Assembly (NCBI GenBank): GCA_041665065.1 | Contig: JBAYJM010000002.1 | Location: forward strand, 19,796 to 83,795 | DNA: 64,000 bases | Source: Candidatus Buchananbacteria bacterium | GTDB taxonomy: Bacteria > Patescibacteriota > Patescibacteriia > 2-01-FULL-39-33 | Reading direction: 5' to 3' | Part shown: positions 29,209 through 38,679 of the stretch, one piece after another | Layout of the letters: each line of letters starts with the position of its first letter | Position numbering within the stretch: the stretch's first letter is position 1 | The notes under the pieces: generated by a model | What the model saw: the letters and a program-made list of their open reading frames with translations, nothing else | What the model was told of the DNA's origin: nothing | Databases searched by the model: none | Position numbers and translations under genes: made by a program

Positions 29209-29952
29209 TTATTTTTTTGTAGCTGTAAAAGTTTTTACAATAGGATCTTTTTCCAATTCTTTCCAATTGGGGCTATACTTTTTACTTTCTTCAGATATCT
29301 TAATATCATACCACTTAGTATCTTCAAATCCTGCTTCAGCCATTGCATTGTCATAAATTTTTTGGCTCCAACAATAATTTACAAATTCACAAATTTTGTT
29401 ATCATTCTGATCGTAAAGTATCGTTAAAATTGCAGAACCATCCTTAAATGGTTCACCAAGCCATTTCCCTGCTGACTCACATCCTAATTTATAATCAGCG
29501 GCCGGATTCTGCGGATTATTATTTATTGCGACTAATTTTCCGCCGCTTTTTAAATTGCCTGCTGCATTTAAGAAAAATTTTTTTAATTGCTGTTCACTAG
29601 AAGCATAATGGAAAAAATAAGCAGCGGTAACCAAATCAAATTTTTCATCAAATGCATATTTTTGGTCGCCGTCTATTAACTGATATTTAATTCCAGGAGG
29701 TTTTTGGATTTCATATTCTTTCGCCATTGCCAGCATTTTTTCTGAATTGTCTATTCCAGTAACGACGGCCCCATTTTCAGCCAATAGCCTAGAACTAAAA
29801 CCACTTCCACAGCCCAAATCTAAAACCTTTTTATTTCGCAAATCTCCACATAAAGCCAAAAAAGAAGGATAAATCCTATATTTCCTTTGCGGATGTTTTG
29901 TCCTCTCGTCCGAGGAGTAAGTTTCTGCGATTTTATCGTATTGCGAAGTCAT
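29209..29952 (-). CDS. Class I SAM-dependent methyltransferase
   Basis: VLDLGCGSG, GIDNSEKML, FDLV. Confidence 0.9.
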   Translation of the reverse strand: MTSQYDKIAETYSSDERTKHPQRKYRIYPSFLALCGDLRNKKVLDLGCGSGFSSRLLAENGAVVTGIDNSEKMLAMAKEYEIQKPPGIKYQLIDGDQKYAFDEKFDLVTAAYFFHYASSEQQLKKFFLNAAGNLKSGGKLVAINNNPQNPAADYKLGCESAGKWLGEPFKDGSAILTILYDQNDNKICEFVNYCWSQKIYDNAMAEAGFEDTKWYDIKISEESKKYSPNWKELEKDPIVKTFTATKK

Positions 29953-30106
29953 ACATGACTTAACTGTTTATTATTGCTATGTGTTTTTATTTTAACATCT
30001 ACCCGCTTTAACTGTCTACTATCTAAATTTACAGCCATTTTATTCGATTTTATCAGCTATAAATTCCATACTTCTCATGTCATCATAAAACCTGTAAAAT
30101 AAATAA

Positions 30107-32266
30107 ATGCCTACCAAAATTTCAAAAACTTTAAAAAAATACTTCGGCTATGATGAGTTCCGGCCGATGCAGTCTGATATCATTCAAAGCGTTTTAGACG
30201 GAAAGGATAATTTTATCCTGATGCCAACTGGCGGAGGCAAATCACTTTGCTACCAACTACCAGCGCTAGAATTTCCCGGAATAACATTGGTCATTTCTCC
30301 GCTTATTGCCCTAATGAAAGACCAGGTCGATGCCCTGCAAGCTAATGGAATCAAAGCTGAATACATAAATTCGTCTTTAACATCTCAACAGATAAATTCT
30401 GCCTACGAGAGAGCGAAAAATAATGAAATTAAAATCCTTTATCTCGCGCCGGAAAGATTCGCTCAAGACGAATTCCAACAATTTTTAAAATCTTTAACCA
30501 TCAGCTTGATTGCAGTTGACGAAGCTCATTGTATTTCAGAATGGGGGCATGATTTCCGCCCTGATTACCGGAATCTAAGCATGCTCAAAAAGATTTTTCC
30601 TTCAGTTCCCCTTATTGCTCTGACTGCGACAGCCACGGCCAAGGTTCGCGAAGATATTATCAATCAACTTAATTTGAAAAAAGCGCCGATTTTCATTTCC
30701 AGCTTTAACCGTGAAAATCTAAACTTAAGCATTATCGAAAAGAAGCAAGCATTTCCTAGGCTTGTTAGGTTACTTGAAAAATACAAAGATGAATCTTCAA
30801 TAATTTACTGCCATTCACGCAAAGAAACAGAAGAGATTGCAGAGAACTTAAGGCTAAACAAATTTAATGCGCGAGCATATCATGCCGGACTAGAAGCAAA
30901 TGAAAGGAAATTAGTCCAAGATTTATTTATCAAAGACAAAGTCAATATCATTGTCGCAACAATTGCCTTTGGAATGGGAATTGATAAACCGGACGTCAGG
31001 CTCGTTGTCCATTACACTTATCCCAAAACACTTGAAGGCTACTACCAAGAAATCGGACGTGCCGGTCGAGACGGACTTCCTAGCGAATGCGTCACGTTCT
31101 ATACCTACGCCGACACCAGGAAGCATGAATTTTTTATAAACCAAATACAGGACGGTCAACTGCAATTGCGTGCCCAAGAAAAATTAAATGAGATTATAAA
31201 TTTTTGCGATCTTTCCACTTGCCGAAAGAAATACTTGTTAAAATATTTTGGAGAAAATTTAGAAAAAGAAAATTGTGGTGGCTGTGATGTTTGTTTGACC
31301 GAAAAAGAAATATTTGATGCCACTAAAGTTTCTAAAAAAATACTTTCCGCCGTTGCACGTACAGAAAATCGATATGGCAAAAGTTATATTGTCGATGTTT
31401 TGCTTGGAAAAAAGAATCAGAAAGTTTTGATAAACAAACATGATCAGCTTTCTGTTTTTAATATCGTAAATGATTATTCGGAAAACGAATTAGCGCAAAT
31501 TATTGACCAATTAACAAACTTAAACTATTTGATGAAAAGCGAGGGCTTGTATCCAGTGCTTAGCCTGACCAGAAAAGGTAACCAATTCCTGACGGGAGAT
31601 GAAATTTTATCATTAAACAAGCCTAGAGCTGATGTGGTTATAAATAAAAAAACGCCAAAGAAAGGCGATCTAGAATTTAATGCTGAATTATTTGCAATTC
31701 TGCGAGCATTACGCAAAGATTTAGCAGACACAGCTAATGTTCCGCCGTTTGTAATTTTCGGTGATACAAGCTTGCAAGAAATGGCTTATTATTTTCCTAA
31801 AGATAATGATAGTTTTTCAAAAATTTCTGGTGTTGGAGCAAAAAAGTTAGAGCGGTTTGGAGAAATTTTTATTAAAACAATTACAGAATTTACTAATGCA
31901 AATAAAATAGAATCGATTGCCAAGCCAGGGAAAAAAATCACCGAACCGATCTTAAATATAAAAATGCAAAGGCCGATTTTTTACTTAAAAACCAGGGAAT
32001 TACTGATTAAAAAGATTTCAATTGAAAGAATTGCCAAGCATCAAAATTTAACTCCAAGCACAATTATCGGCCACATTGAAAAATCAATCGATGCCGGTGA
32101 AAAACTCGATCTCGAATATTTAAAACTCCCCCACAATAGATACGAAGCAATGAAAGAAGCCTTCCTTGAATGCGGAGATGAAAAACTTAAGCCGGTTTTT
32201 GAATATTTGGATGGAAAATATTCATATGATGAATTGAAATTGGCTCGGCTTTTAATTCGGCTGTAG
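30107..32266 (+). CDS. recQ: ATP-dependent DNA helicase RecQ
   Basis: MPTGGGKSLCYQ, DEAHC, QEIGRAGRDG, Zn-binding RQC, HRDC and C-terminal HTH. Confidence 0.97.
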   Translation: MPTKISKTLKKYFGYDEFRPMQSDIIQSVLDGKDNFILMPTGGGKSLCYQLPALEFPGITLVISPLIALMKDQVDALQANGIKAEYINSSLTSQQINSAYERAKNNEIKILYLAPERFAQDEFQQFLKSLTISLIAVDEAHCISEWGHDFRPDYRNLSMLKKIFPSVPLIALTATATAKVREDIINQLNLKKAPIFISSFNRENLNLSIIEKKQAFPRLVRLLEKYKDESSIIYCHSRKETEEIAENLRLNKFNARAYHAGLEANERKLVQDLFIKDKVNIIVATIAFGMGIDKPDVRLVVHYTYPKTLEGYYQEIGRAGRDGLPSECVTFYTYADTRKHEFFINQIQDGQLQLRAQEKLNEIINFCDLSTCRKKYLLKYFGENLEKENCGGCDVCLTEKEIFDATKVSKKILSAVARTENRYGKSYIVDVLLGKKNQKVLINKHDQLSVFNIVNDYSENELAQIIDQLTNLNYLMKSEGLYPVLSLTRKGNQFLTGDEILSLNKPRADVVINKKTPKKGDLEFNAELFAILRALRKDLADTANVPPFVIFGDTSLQEMAYYFPKDNDSFSKISGVGAKKLERFGEIFIKTITEFTNANKIESIAKPGKKITEPILNIKMQRPIFYLKTRELLIKKISIERIAKHQNLTPSTIIGHIEKSIDAGEKLDLEYLKLPHNRYEAMKEAFLECGDEKLKPVFEYLDGKYSYDELKLARLLIRL

Positions 32267-32267
32267 A

Positions 32268-32774
32268 CTAATCAGTAAAAACTTTCTGATTCAAACACCC
32301 GCCACAAACTGGACCTGATTGTATATTATTTTTTCCGTTATATTGTCGCATTATACCCTGCATTGGACCATGACGAAGCCATATTTGATCCAATCCGGTT
32401 AGGTCAATAATCCATCCAGCTATCAAGATTGCGGCAACAAACCCAGCAATCACAACTAAAAATCTTTTTTTATGCCAGAAATCATACCGCCTAAGAAACC
32501 ATAATCCCGCTACTAACCCGGCAATCGCAATAATTGGCGCCCACCAAGGAAAACTTGAGAGTAATTGCTCCAATCGAAGTTGCCCCATGGGTCCATGACT
32601 ACGCAAAGCAAACCGAGTTAAACTGATAAAAAATACTGAAACAATTACAGAAGCTACTAGCCCAATCATTGCAAAAATTGACCCTAATACAAAATAAATC
32701 TTAGGGCGCATTTTTAATTTGCCCTGCCTGATTTTATCCATGACGCTGTTTGTAATATCTAATTCTTCTGGCAT
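32268..32774 (-). CDS. Membrane protein, possible anti-sigma partner
   Basis: 3 TM helices; overlaps the 3' end of the ECF sigma gene. Confidence 0.65.
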   Translation of the reverse strand: MPEELDITNSVMDKIRQGKLKMRPKIYFVLGSIFAMIGLVASVIVSVFFISLTRFALRSHGPMGQLRLEQLLSSFPWWAPIIAIAGLVAGLWFLRRYDFWHKKRFLVVIAGFVAAILIAGWIIDLTGLDQIWLRHGPMQGIMRQYNGKNNIQSGPVCGGCLNQKVFTD

Positions 32775-33298
32775 ATTTTTTTCATTAAAATTTTTGCTCG
32801 GCTTACTCTAGTTGCGACAGTGCCCATCGGGATTTGCAATATATCACTTATCTCTTCATATGACTTTTCATCAATGTAATAAAGCGTAATTGGCTCAGAA
32901 TATAATAAGGGCATTTTGCCCAAACATTTCTCTACCTTGGAAACAATTTCCTTTTGGCTATAATCATCCTCAATATTTTCTTTGCTTTTAAAGTCTATAT
33001 CTTCCGGAAGTCCTATTTCTTTTTGATATTTTTTTAAAATGTTTACAGCTTGATTATGAACAATGCGATATATCCAACTGGAAAAATTTTTTTTAACATC
33101 AAAACTTCTTAAATTGATAAAGGCTTTTATAAATGACTCTTGGACAACGTCTGCAGCCTTATGTTCATCATTTATTAAATTGCATGCATATCTTAATAAT
33201 TTTTTTTGATATCTTTCAATAATAGCATAAGATTCCTGATCAACCGATCGAACTCTTTCAATAATTTCTTCATCAGAAATTTTTCCATCATCTATCAT
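32759..33298 (-). CDS. ECF sigma factor
   Basis: DVVQESFIKAF, FSSWIYRI, SYEEISDIL.IPMGTVATRVSRAK. Confidence 0.93.
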   Translation of the reverse strand: MIDDGKISDEEIIERVRSVDQESYAIIERYQKKLLRYACNLINDEHKAADVVQESFIKAFINLRSFDVKKNFSSWIYRIVHNQAVNILKKYQKEIGLPEDIDFKSKENIEDDYSQKEIVSKVEKCLGKMPLLYSEPITLYYIDEKSYEEISDILQIPMGTVATRVSRAKILMKKICQKN

Positions 33299-33328
33299 GC
33301 TAATAGTATGTTAAGTTTATGCTCCTAC

Positions 33329-33364
33329 TATGTTAGGCTCCGATTATTATCGGAGCCTAACATA
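33329..33364. terminator. Long perfect hairpin between the secreted-protein gene and the sigma gene
   Basis: TATGTTAGGCTCCGAT-TATT-ATCGGAGCCTAACATA. Confidence 0.6.
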
Positions 33365-33379
33365 TTTGAGATTTATTGA

Positions 33380-33760
33380 TTAACGTCCCAAACCTCTACC
33401 CATGCCCATTCCGCCTGCATTTCTACCAGAACCATTATGCAAACCTAGGCCAAGATCTTGACGAATTTTCTGTGCTTCAGCGGTCTTGCCTTGCAAAGCC
33501 AGTTGATGCGCCTCAGCAAATTTTGCAAAGTTGTCTTTATTTATGACTTGAGTCGCTCTGCCTTTCCCTTGCATAAGGCTTTTCCAAGCATCATAATCCT
33601 TATTTTCAAATGCTTTTGTCATTGCTTCATGACGTTCTGCTGTATAGTTTGGACCCTTAATATTAGGATCTCCCTGATAAGCCAAAACTGATCCAGCTGA
33701 TAAGGCGCCAATTCCAGCTATTAAAGCCAACGCACCCAAACCTAATGTTATTTTTTTCAT
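33380..33760 (-). CDS. Secreted hypothetical protein with Gly-rich tail
   Basis: Signal peptide; 'AFENKDYDAWK...NFAKFAEAH'. Confidence 0.75.
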   Translation of the reverse strand: MKKITLGLGALALIAGIGALSAGSVLAYQGDPNIKGPNYTAERHEAMTKAFENKDYDAWKSLMQGKGRATQVINKDNFAKFAEAHQLALQGKTAEAQKIRQDLGLGLHNGSGRNAGGMGMGRGLGR

Positions 33761-33890
33761 AATATTTTATTTTATTGATTTAATTGATTAATCCGACCTT
33801 TATACCACTAATACAAGACTAGTGGCATTTTTCTTTCATTTGGTTCTAATTAAATCAATATTATTGCTATTTTATGATAAATATAAAAGA

Positions 33891-34619
33891 TTAGTTTATT
33901 ATAAAATTCTCACCATTAATATCTTTTGACTCATCGGACGCTAAAAAAACTATTTTTTCTGCAACTTCTTTTGGATCAATAAGTTTTCCGTCTTTGCGAC
34001 TAGCCAAAACCGCTTTTAATTCTTCTTGTGGTGCAGTCAGCCAGTAACCCGCATCAGTTTGTGCTGGGGATACTACATTTGCTCTTCCGTCAAAAACCGA
34101 TAGTAATTCAGCATATGACTGAGTTATATTAATTACGCCCGCTTTTCCTGCTGAGTATGAGATAGCATCTGCGTGACCGTTTACTCCATGGATAGATGAC
34201 ACATTTACAATAATTCCGCTTTTTTGTTTTAGAAAAACTTCTGTGGCATATTTTGACATACTCATCGCAGAAACAAGATTTTGTTTCAAAGATTCTATCC
34301 AAATATCAACATCCAAATTCCATTCATCGCCATCAATATATCTGCCGGCATTATTTACCAACACATCAATTTTTCCAAATACTTCAATGGTTTTATCGAC
34401 TACTTTTTTTGCTTCATCGTCTTTAGTCAAATCAGCCTTAATTGCCAAGACCTTCACTCCTAGTTTTTTAATTTCATTTACAACTTCGTCAGCTCCCTTT
34501 TTATTGCTCTTATATGTAATAGCAACATTAGCACCCTTTTGTGCAAATAAAAGAGCGGTTACCATGCCAATCCCGCTTGAACCGCCTGTTATTAAAACAA
34601 CTTTCTCTTTAAATTCCAT
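33891..34619 (-). CDS. SDR-family oxidoreductase
   Basis: TGGSSGIG, NNAG, YSAGK (YxxxK). Confidence 0.95.
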   Translation of the reverse strand: MEFKEKVVLITGGSSGIGMVTALLFAQKGANVAITYKSNKKGADEVVNEIKKLGVKVLAIKADLTKDDEAKKVVDKTIEVFGKIDVLVNNAGRYIDGDEWNLDVDIWIESLKQNLVSAMSMSKYATEVFLKQKSGIIVNVSSIHGVNGHADAISYSAGKAGVINITQSYAELLSVFDGRANVVSPAQTDAGYWLTAPQEELKAVLASRKDGKLIDPKEVAEKIVFLASDESKDINGENFIIN

Positions 34620-34640
34620 ATTATTAAATTATTAAAAAAC

Positions 34641-35198
34641 TTATTTATTTTGAATCAATATCCACTTTTGCACAAAGCGATGAAGATGGGGGTCAAACTT
34701 ATCAATTGGAGTACCCAAAACCTCATCATAATCAAACCATTTATATCCATTAAATTCTCCCGCGTCATATCTAAGAGTTAAGTTAGAATTTCCGTTAAGA
34801 ACATACCACAAACTTACATCGATATGACCAGCCGCAAGTCCAACGGTAACTGACTGAGTAATAAAAAACGGTTGCTCTGAAACAAAATCAGCTTTAATAT
34901 TTAACTCTTCTACAATTTCCCTCTCAACCGTTATCTTTGGATTCTCGTTTAACTCAACATGTCCGCCTGTCGGCACCCAGAGCTGTGCCTTAATATGATC
35001 AACTAGAAGTATTTTATTTTCTTTTGAATCAATAAGGACAAAATATGAAACCAAATGCTTTGGTGGGGTATCTGGTTTTTTGATGCGGAACAACTCTGAT
35101 CCACTCTTTATCCATCGAATAGTATCAGAAAGATGGTTTTGCTCCATCTCATCAAAAGGGGTTATATTCTGAACAATTTTTAAAATTTTATCCTGCAT
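34641..35198 (-). CDS. NUDIX hydrolase
   Basis: Nudix box GGHVELNENPKITVEREIVEEL. Confidence 0.9.
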   Translation of the reverse strand: MQDKILKIVQNITPFDEMEQNHLSDTIRWIKSGSELFRIKKPDTPPKHLVSYFVLIDSKENKILLVDHIKAQLWVPTGGHVELNENPKITVEREIVEELNIKADFVSEQPFFITQSVTVGLAAGHIDVSLWYVLNGNSNLTLRYDAGEFNGYKWFDYDEVLGTPIDKFDPHLHRFVQKWILIQNK

Positions 35199-35219
35199 AA
35201 CTTTATAAATTCCAATTCT

Positions 35220-38200
35220 TCAATAATTAATGACACCTGCAGGAATGACTGGGTCATTGTCCTCTTGTCTTAACCCTATTATCTCTGGATCTATTGGACC
35301 TATTTCCCATGCATGTTTATTTATAAAGCTCTTTTTTACGATTCCGTGATCAAAAAATATCTCCGGAGGGAATGAATTTTTATCTTTAATAAAAGATGGG
35401 GCAAATAGATAGAAACCCCATCGTTCAAAAGAATCAACAAATCCATTAAGATTTTTTAGTGATTCGGGAGTCATGTTATGTGTTCTGCCAACATTCAGTA
35501 AACGTTTTCCATGGGAGGCTTTTGGATCAGGAAGATTTCTTGAAACAACAAATTTATACCAAAGCGGGTTACTTTTAGAATAACCTTGTATTACCGATAC
35601 TCGTATAATATCATCCTTGTCCTCTCTTCCAAATAAACCAACCCAGTTGCTGAAAATCACTTTGGCCTTTTCTTCGTTGGTAAACATTAACGCAACAACT
35701 GGCGGTTGCTCTGGATGAACAAGATATGCAACACCCTCCCAGCCTGCATCATTCCAGATATGATCTTCGATAATTGAAATATTTTTAATTTGATCATGTC
35801 TCAAAAGATTTTTTTCTATTTGGGTGACATTTTCTTTTATATCTTTAAGCAGATCAAGTTTAACCTTACCAGATTCTATTTTATTGTATTCATATTTAGT
35901 ATTTTCTTCTTGCAACCATTCAGTAATATCTCTTTTGGGTTTATATCCGAGAACGTTACCCTGTACTATAAATGGTGATGAAAAGGTAAAAGCACGTACA
36001 CAAATATCCTCATCACGAAAAAGTTTTTCAAGGTCATTACTTGTATTCTTAAACCAGATCGAATGACCGATGATATCAAACACTATTTTATAAACATCTG
36101 AATGAACACTCTCTGCCTCTGTTCGTTTTAGAGAGTGAGGATTAAAATCTCCACTGATAATATTAAAAGTAATCGGACCATTTTTTTCAATTACATGAGA
36201 TATCCTAATGCCTTGAGATGTATCTTTTGCAATATTAATATTTACGGTATTTTTACTACCAATAGAATCCAATTCTATCGCAGTTGCCAAAAATCCTTCT
36301 AATGAAGCAAGAATATATTCCGCAATTTCTATGTTAGGACTACAATTTTCTGTCTTGATATTGAATGTTGTTCCAAGAATAACGGACTGGAGTATTACTT
36401 CTTTTTCAGAATAAAATGATGGTTTTTTAGGTAGATCTCTCTGGGCAGGTTGTTTGAAATATGAGTCAAAGAAGTCCTCAAGTTCTGTATCTTTCATGTT
36501 CTCAGGCATAATATTTGGTAACATATTTTTTGCTCCCAATCGATATATAAGCGCATATGCAGCAAAATCAAGATCCATGCTTAATAACGTATCTGGTAAA
36601 AGCTCTAAGTTAGGTAACTCTGAATCTGCTGTCTTGATCAATAGCAAGCCAAGCAAACCACCATAATATATATCATCATTCAAAAGCTTATCTGCCTCTT
36701 CTTTGCTCTTGATGAACTGAGCATTCATAAGATGATTAAGTTTGTGCCACTCAAGAGAGTATCCAATTCTTCCTAATCTGAGCTCGAGTAAACGCATTCT
36801 ATCATATGATAATAACTGTAATTTGTTTATCTCACTCCTACTGTGAAAATCCATAGTGGCATATGAAGCGGCGTGCAACATTGCACCTCTTGCTGCCCAT
36901 AAAAGACCTACAGTTTCATAAGCGATTGATAATTGAACAAGTGTAATAATTAATCCATCTCGTTCCTCTTCTTTATATAGAGGAACGAGTGATTTTCCTA
37001 GGCATCCAATTGCTTTATAAAATCTCTTTCCTTTGATGTGTTGCATTGCTCGATCAAGTAATACATGAGCAAATTCTGTTGAACTTTTTCTTTCAGAAAT
37101 AACCTCCACTAACTTATCTTGAAGTTTCTCAAAACTTTTGTTTCCATTATAAAAATCATCGATATCTTTAGTTAATTTATAAAGAGTTTCTAATGGAAAT
37201 CCGAGTAGCCCCTTTGACCGAATAACTATATCCGTAAGGTTGTCGAATATTTTACTTATAGCTATTTCATCATCTCTTAATTCAGGTATTTCAAGCATAT
37301 TGAGCATGAAATCAGCATGCAAAGCCGCACTTGGTCTAGCCTCATCGTTCTTAAATTTTTCCAGTTTTTCTTGTACAATTTTCTTTTTTATATCTGTGTA
37401 GCTTACCTCAATCTTTCCAGTAGTTACAGTAAGCGTCCTTAACAAACTGAATAGATTACTAAGTCTTTCAACATCGAATAGGTTAAGGGTGTCTTTTGTT
37501 AAAGATTCTATTTCTTCGTAATTACTAATCAAAATATCGTAGTCGTTATACCAAAAATACAATGTCCATATTTCCTGATATCTAGCTGTGAAAAATTGTT
37601 CTGAAGATCCGTATTTTTCGGCCAGTCTTTTTGCACGAGTAAATAAACCCTCAATCTCTGTCTTGGGTTTATCCATTTCAGCAGCGACTATAGCAATTGA
37701 AAGTGCATCGTCTACTGTTGCAAAGTTTACTATGTTTTCTTGTGTTGCTAAATCTATATTTTTGTTAAGTTTTTCGAATAATTCCTGTCGATTGGTATCT
37801 TTTGGCCCAATTTTTACAATTTCTTTATAAGACGAATCAATTTTTAACTCATCAATAGCGAGGGCCTGCCTTTTATTACCAAAGATTTTATCAATTATCC
37901 ACGTACGATCGTGTATGACAACCTGTATGCCGTATTGCTTACTTAATTCATCCTCAGTCTTAGCTCTTTGGTCGGCTTTGATAAGCTGACTTGTTATAAA
38001 AAATATCTTTGAGTAACTTCTATCAACTTCGATCATTTTTTTGACATCGCCTTGAACCTTTTGTTTCCAATTTACAGTTGTACTAAAAGCAAACCCCCAA
38101 CGCTCATTCGCTTGTTGCTCTATACCAAAATAATAAGTATCTTTAATGTCTTGAGATGCTGGAGTTGTTTCAGTGTCAACTTTTCCATCACCTCCACCAA

Positions 38201-38420
38201 CAGGACCAGTTTGAGGCCTTAGGTTTGGCTGGATCTCATATTGACAAAGTTTTCGCGCAAACTCCTCAAAATCATACTCCTGTTTTCTTGTAGAGAGGGT
38301 ATATAGATGGTATTCCAATTTTAAACTATCAAGTTGAGATTCCTTTATTACTTGTGAATCAGAAAAACTACTCGGTTTGCGTTGCTTCATGAAATTTTTT
38401 GGTGAAAAATCTTCGTTCAT
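35220..38420 (-). CDS. 1066-aa protein with N-terminal restriction-endonuclease-like domain and helical (TPR-like) repeats; putative defence protein
   Basis: FEEFARKL...GGGDGKVD...FITSQ (Mrr/PD-(D/E)xK-like pattern) followed by a long alpha-helical region. Confidence 0.6.
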   Translation of the reverse strand: MNEDFSPKNFMKQRKPSSFSDSQVIKESQLDSLKLEYHLYTLSTRKQEYDFEEFARKLCQYEIQPNLRPQTGPVGGGDGKVDTETTPASQDIKDTYYFGIEQQANERWGFAFSTTVNWKQKVQGDVKKMIEVDRSYSKIFFITSQLIKADQRAKTEDELSKQYGIQVVIHDRTWIIDKIFGNKRQALAIDELKIDSSYKEIVKIGPKDTNRQELFEKLNKNIDLATQENIVNFATVDDALSIAIVAAEMDKPKTEIEGLFTRAKRLAEKYGSSEQFFTARYQEIWTLYFWYNDYDILISNYEEIESLTKDTLNLFDVERLSNLFSLLRTLTVTTGKIEVSYTDIKKKIVQEKLEKFKNDEARPSAALHADFMLNMLEIPELRDDEIAISKIFDNLTDIVIRSKGLLGFPLETLYKLTKDIDDFYNGNKSFEKLQDKLVEVISERKSSTEFAHVLLDRAMQHIKGKRFYKAIGCLGKSLVPLYKEEERDGLIITLVQLSIAYETVGLLWAARGAMLHAASYATMDFHSRSEINKLQLLSYDRMRLLELRLGRIGYSLEWHKLNHLMNAQFIKSKEEADKLLNDDIYYGGLLGLLLIKTADSELPNLELLPDTLLSMDLDFAAYALIYRLGAKNMLPNIMPENMKDTELEDFFDSYFKQPAQRDLPKKPSFYSEKEVILQSVILGTTFNIKTENCSPNIEIAEYILASLEGFLATAIELDSIGSKNTVNINIAKDTSQGIRISHVIEKNGPITFNIISGDFNPHSLKRTEAESVHSDVYKIVFDIIGHSIWFKNTSNDLEKLFRDEDICVRAFTFSSPFIVQGNVLGYKPKRDITEWLQEENTKYEYNKIESGKVKLDLLKDIKENVTQIEKNLLRHDQIKNISIIEDHIWNDAGWEGVAYLVHPEQPPVVALMFTNEEKAKVIFSNWVGLFGREDKDDIIRVSVIQGYSKSNPLWYKFVVSRNLPDPKASHGKRLLNVGRTHNMTPESLKNLNGFVDSFERWGFYLFAPSFIKDKNSFPPEIFFDHGIVKKSFINKHAWEIGPIDPEIIGLRQEDNDPVIPAGVINY

Positions 38421-38607
38421 ATTTATATTTTACCATTTTATTGTCTTGGCGGTGTGTTTACAAAAAAGTTCGAACCGATTTCACCCCCAAAAATTAATGA
38501 ACGGGCGGATTTCCTCCCCCAACCCCTCCATCCGCCCGCCCTTTCGGATTGGCGATTTCCAGTTTTTCTTTGGCGGCAAATTCTTTCTTAATTCTAGCCT
38601 GTATTTG

Positions 38608-38679
38608 TAGGGATGGATGGACTCGCACCATCGACCTCCATAAAGTAAATATGGCGCTCTACTACTGAGCTACACCCCT
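38608..38679 (-). tRNA. Non-canonical tRNA-like gene (anticodon TAC) overlapping the 3' end of the AlaRS-like CDS
   Basis: AGGGGTG TA GCTC AGTAGTA GAGC G CCATA TTTACTT TATGG AGGTC GATGG TGCGAGT CCATC CATCCCT A: all four stems pair; followed by CAA. Confidence 0.8.
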
